DNA from: Chiloscyllium plagiosum
Taxonomy: Eukaryota
Length of the DNA stretch: 55,532 nt
Direction: 5' to 3'
Assembly (NCBI RefSeq): GCF_004010195.1
Contig: NC_057746.1
Coordinates: 478,397-533,928 of the forward strand
Part shown: positions 51,663-55,532 of the stretch, in pieces
How positions within the stretch are numbered: position 1 is the first letter of the stretch
How the letters are laid out: each line of letters begins with the position of its first letter
The notes under the pieces: model-generated
Database searches by the model: none
Told to the model about the DNA's origin: nothing
Seen by the model: only the letters and a program-made list of their open reading frames with translations
Position numbers and translations under genes: made by a program

Positions 51663-51923
51663 CAGACGTTTGGTTTGCACTTTTCATTACCGTCCTCAGG
51701 TTCTCCCTTGCCTTGGCAGAATGTTCGTCCCCTTGCTTTGTGAGAATTTTCCAGTAATTAGCATCATACGCGTCTGTCATCCACCGCTGCAAGGAGACTG
51801 TCTGACGGGTGTCACTGTCATAATAGGTCACAGGAACTCCATTGATCATTGTTGCACCAAAGTATTCAGGCAGGTCAGTTGTGCCAGAGACAGCCATAAA
51901 AGCTGCAGTATAGATTTTGCTGT
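51663..51923 (-). CDS. Nonclassical MHC class I heavy chain, alpha1 exon
   Basis: 261-nt phase1-phase1 exon (ttcaaaactgcag| ... TCTG|gtaaga) encoding DSKIYTAAFMAVSGTTDLPEYFGATMINGVPVTYYDSDTRQTVSLQRWMTDAYDANYWKILTKQGDEHSAKARENLRTVMKSANQTS. It has the class I motifs LPEY, YYDS, WM, YW and the N86 glycosylation sequon NQT. Confidence 0.93.
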
Positions 51924-52894
51924 CTGCAGTTTTGAACAAAAGTGAAAGGGTCAGGTTTGTGTACTCGATCAAGCAAAGCCCATTCCCCAAAGCCCTGTAA
52001 TCAATGACAGGAGTCACTCAAACTGTCAAATCCACCATCTCAAAAAGCAGCTACAACCAGTGGATTTTCTGATAATAACACCCAGATAGGAACACACTCT
52101 ATTCTCTTTTTTTTTACATATAGAAAGACCTCTGCATTTTTGGCAGAAGATTCTTAGGCTCCTTCAGAAATGTACAGCCATACTTCTGTCATGACAAGTT
52201 AGCATGGTGGCTCAGTGGTTAGCACACAGCATACCAGGGTTCAATCACATCCTTAGATGACTGTCTGGGTGGAGTTTGCACATTCTCCCTGTGTCTGTGT
52301 GGGTTTCCTCCCACAGTGCAAAGATGCGCAGGTTCGGTGGACTGGCCGTGCTAAATTGCCCCGTCCACGGCCCAGGCATAGCAGCAACGTCTGGAACCAG
52401 AGACCAATGCCATGATTGGTGTGCCAACACTCATCACGGAAGATCAGAGCGGCTGCGTATGGCACAGTTATGCAGCTTAGAGTGAACACCGAGTGAATGT
52501 CCAAAAGAGTGAGCACATGGACCTCTGCACTGGCCAGGAATGGAATCAGGAAATTCAGTACTTGTGGATGCACATGAAGTATTCCAAAAAAAACTATCAA
52601 CTTTAATAACAGAAGAAGCCTGTAAATCCACATAACGATCCATCCTGTCCTCAGATGAAAGTAGAGGACCTACTCATGTGCCAAGGAAGAGGACAGCCTT
52701 GTGGTTGATTACTTTTCTAAATTTCCCATTGTTCGATAACTGAACAACACAACAAGCTCAAACATTTGTTGACATGATGTATGATAGTTCCAATTTTGGA
52801 GTACGTGGCCAATTCTCAAAATGGCCATAGGGGTATGTGCAAATAGGCACATGATGTCAGTTACTGGTTACTAGATCTGCCCAAGCCAGACTGA

Positions 52895-53900
52895 ACAAGG
52901 AAAATTACAGCACAGGAACAAGCCCTTCGGCCCACCAAGCCTGCGCCGATCCGGATCCTCGATCTAAACCTGCCGCCTATTTTCCAGGGATCCGTATCCT
53001 TCTGCTCCCTGCCCATTCATGTATCTGTCCAGATACATTTTAAATGTTGCTATCATATCCATCTCTACTATCTCTGCTGGCAACGTGTTCCAGACCCCCC
53101 CACCACCCTCTGCATAAAGAACTTTCCACGCATATCTCCTTTAAACCTTTCCCCTCTCCGCTTGAACTCGTGACCCCTAGTAAGTGAGTCCCTCCCTCTG
53201 GGAAAAGTTGCCCTCCTGGTGAACCTCTTCTGCACCCTCTTCAAAACATCTACATCTTTTTGGTAATGTGGCGACCAGAACTGTACGCAGTATCCCAAAT
53301 GTGGCTGAGCCAAAGTCTTATACAACTGTAAACATGACCTGCCAACTCTTGTTCTCTATACCCCGTCCGATGAAGGAAAGCATGCTGTATATCTTATTGA
53401 CCACTCTAATGACCTGTGTTGCCACTTCAGGGTACAATGGACCTGAACACCCAGATCTCTCTGTACATCAATTTTCCCCAGGACCTTTACATTTATTGTA
53501 TAGTTTGCTCTTAAATTGGATCTTCCAAAATGCATCACCTCGCATTTGTCCAGATTGAACTCCATCTGCGTTTCCCTGTCCAACTCTCCAAATTACCTAT
53601 AGTTTGCTGCATTCTCTGACAGTCCCCTTCACTATCTGCTACTCCACCCATCTTTGTGTGATCTGCAAACTTGCTAATCAGATTACTGATACCTTCCTGT
53701 AAATCATTTATGTATATTACAAATGACAGTGGTCCCAGCACGGGGCCCTGTGGAACACCACTGGTCACAGGTCTCCATGTTGAGAAACTCCCTTCCACTC
53801 CTACTCTCTGTCTCTTGCTGTCCAGCCAGTTCTCCATCCATTTAGCTCGTCACACACCCTCGACCCCATGTGACTTCACTGTCTCCATCACACTGCATCG
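52895..53900 (-). mobile_element. CR1 RT 3-prime fragment
   Basis: TSGVPQGPVLGP, KFADHTK, CVQFWSP. Confidence 0.9.
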
Positions 53901-53909
53901 TGTTTTTGT

Positions 53910-54935
53910 TTAAAATTCGCTCATGGGATGTGGGCATCACTAACAGTTTGTGGCCTGCCCCTAGTTGCCCTTGAGAAGTGGGTGGTGAGCTGCAGTCCAT
54001 GCGCTGTAGTTAGACCCAGAGAGTATCGGGTAGGGTTCCAGGATTTTGACCTAATGATATATTTCCAAATCAGGATGGTGAGTGGCTTGGAGGGGAACTT
54101 ATCCCTATGTGTCTGCTGCCCTCGTCCTTCTAGATGGAAGTAATTATGCATTTGGAAAGTGCTGCCTAAGGATTATTGGTAAATTTACACAGTGTATCTT
54201 GCACATGGTACACACTGCTGTTACTGAGCATTGGTGGTGGAGGGAGTGGATGTGGTGCCAATTAATGGGCTACTTTGTCCTGGTTGGTGACAGGTTTCTT
54301 GAGCAGTGTTGGGGCAGCGCCCATCCAGGCAAGTGGTGAGTATTCCATCACTCTCCTGACTTATACCTTGAAGATTATACTTTGGGGAGTCATGGGATGG
54401 GTTACCTGTCACAATATTCCTAACCTCTGACCTACCCTTGTAATCACCTGTATTTATATAGAGTGTCCAATTCAGTTTCTGGTCAATGGTAACTCCCAAG
54501 GTGTTGATACTGGGGATTCGGTAATCTTAACACCATTGCATTTGGGGAGGGGGGTGAATAGTTTGTCTCTTATTGGCAACAGTTATTGTCTGGCATTTGT
54601 GTGGCACAAATGTTAATTGCCATTTGTCAGCCTAAGCCTGGATATTGTTCAGATCTTGCTGCATTTGAACATGGACTGCTTCAGTATCTAAGGAGTCACA
54701 AATGGTATTAAACATCGGGGATGTTCCCTGGTGATTCACTATGATGTTATGATGGCGGGAAGGTCATTGATGAAGCAGCAGAAGATGGTTGGGTCGAGAA
54801 CACTACCCTGAGGGACTCCTGCAGAGATGTCCTGGCGCTGAGATAACTGATCTCCAACAACCACCTTCCTATGTGCCAGGTATGTCTCCAACCAACAGAG
54901 AGTTTGCCCCCGATACTCATTGATTCCAGTCAGCT
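53910..54935 (-). mobile_element. LINE 3-prime fragment of a second family (CR1/L2 group)
   Basis: [11 protein letters not shown]...LGVTIDQKLNW and an ATCCCATGA tail. Confidence 0.8.
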
Positions 54936-55069
54936 GCTCCTTCACCTTTAGACAGCTTTTCAGTTACCTTCACCCTTCTCATTTTCTCTCCCTATCTCTC
55001 TCTCGCTCCACACCTCCCCCACCCCCCAGCCCCAAATCATTAATGTTTTCACAGAGGATTCTGTAACTG

Positions 55070-55366
55070 ATTAGATTAATTACTTACAGTGTGGAAACAG
55101 GCCCTTCGGCCTAACAAGTCCACACCGACCCACACGAAGCGCAACCCACCCAGACCCATTCCCCTACATTTACCCCTTCACCTAATTTAGCATGGCCAAT
55201 TCACCTAACCTGCACATCTTTGTGACTGTGGGAGGAAACCGGAGCACCCAGAGGAAACCCACGCAGACGCGGGGAGAATGTGCAAACTCCACACAGTCAG
55301 TGTGGAGGGAATTGAACCCGGGTCTCTGGCGCTGTGAGGCAGCAGTGCTAACCACAGTGCCACCGT
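55070..55366 (-). mobile_element. HE1-type SINE
   Basis: Full reverse-complement copy. Confidence 0.9.
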
Positions 55367-55532
55367 GCAACTCCTGCCCTCTGTCCACTTCCCCACAGCA
55401 CTTTCAAGATACCCTTTACTCCAAAGTGGCTGGTATAAAGGGGAAAGGGCTGCCCTCTCAACAGGGAGAAACAACTGGGAGTGGGTTTAACCTGAGGGTC
55501 ACCATGACTCAGGCAAGGGGTGAGATTGAGAA

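Noticed and set aside
52560-52633. MWIYRLLLLLKLIVFFGILHVHPQ as the class I leader exon
   Set aside because: It is hydrophobic and well placed, but the nearby GT sites are weak and phase 0 whereas alpha1 needs phase 1. The leader may lie elsewhere or outside the window.
1-55532. Prokaryotic systems (CRISPR arrays, operons, retrons)
   Set aside because: The sequence is intron- and retroposon-rich vertebrate DNA; all RT ORFs are LINE or Penelope fragments and no spacer-repeat array is present.

Overview
Vertebrate genomic DNA, almost certainly from a shark (inferred from HE1-type tRNA SINEs, CR1/HER1 LINEs, Penelope-like elements and a chondrichthyan-style MHC gene). The window has several assembly gaps and is mostly transposable-element debris. 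The one clear host gene is a nonclassical MHC class I heavy chain on the minus strand: alpha1 exon 51923-51663, alpha2 exon 48681-48406 and TM exon 45674-45567. Alpha3 is not visible and probably lies in an N-gap; no leader exon was confidently found. Alpha2 lacks both canonical cysteines, and only 3 of 9 peptide-anchoring residues are kept. Downstream on the same strand are three mutually homologous, partly decayed copies of one large exon (35719-~35090, ~9789-9595, 5320-5016). Two copies show a phase-1 acceptor, and together they encode a polar linker plus a helical domain resembling a CARD/death fold. The most complete copy is splice-phase compatible with the class I TM exon, suggesting (hypothesis only) a class I-like receptor with a cytoplasmic death-fold signalling module. 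Other features are a tandem relic of a diverged TM exon, hammerhead-ribozyme mini-elements with target-site duplications, a long foldback element, a Tigger-like MITE and solo LTRs. All alignments were made by eye and repeat boundaries are approximate.
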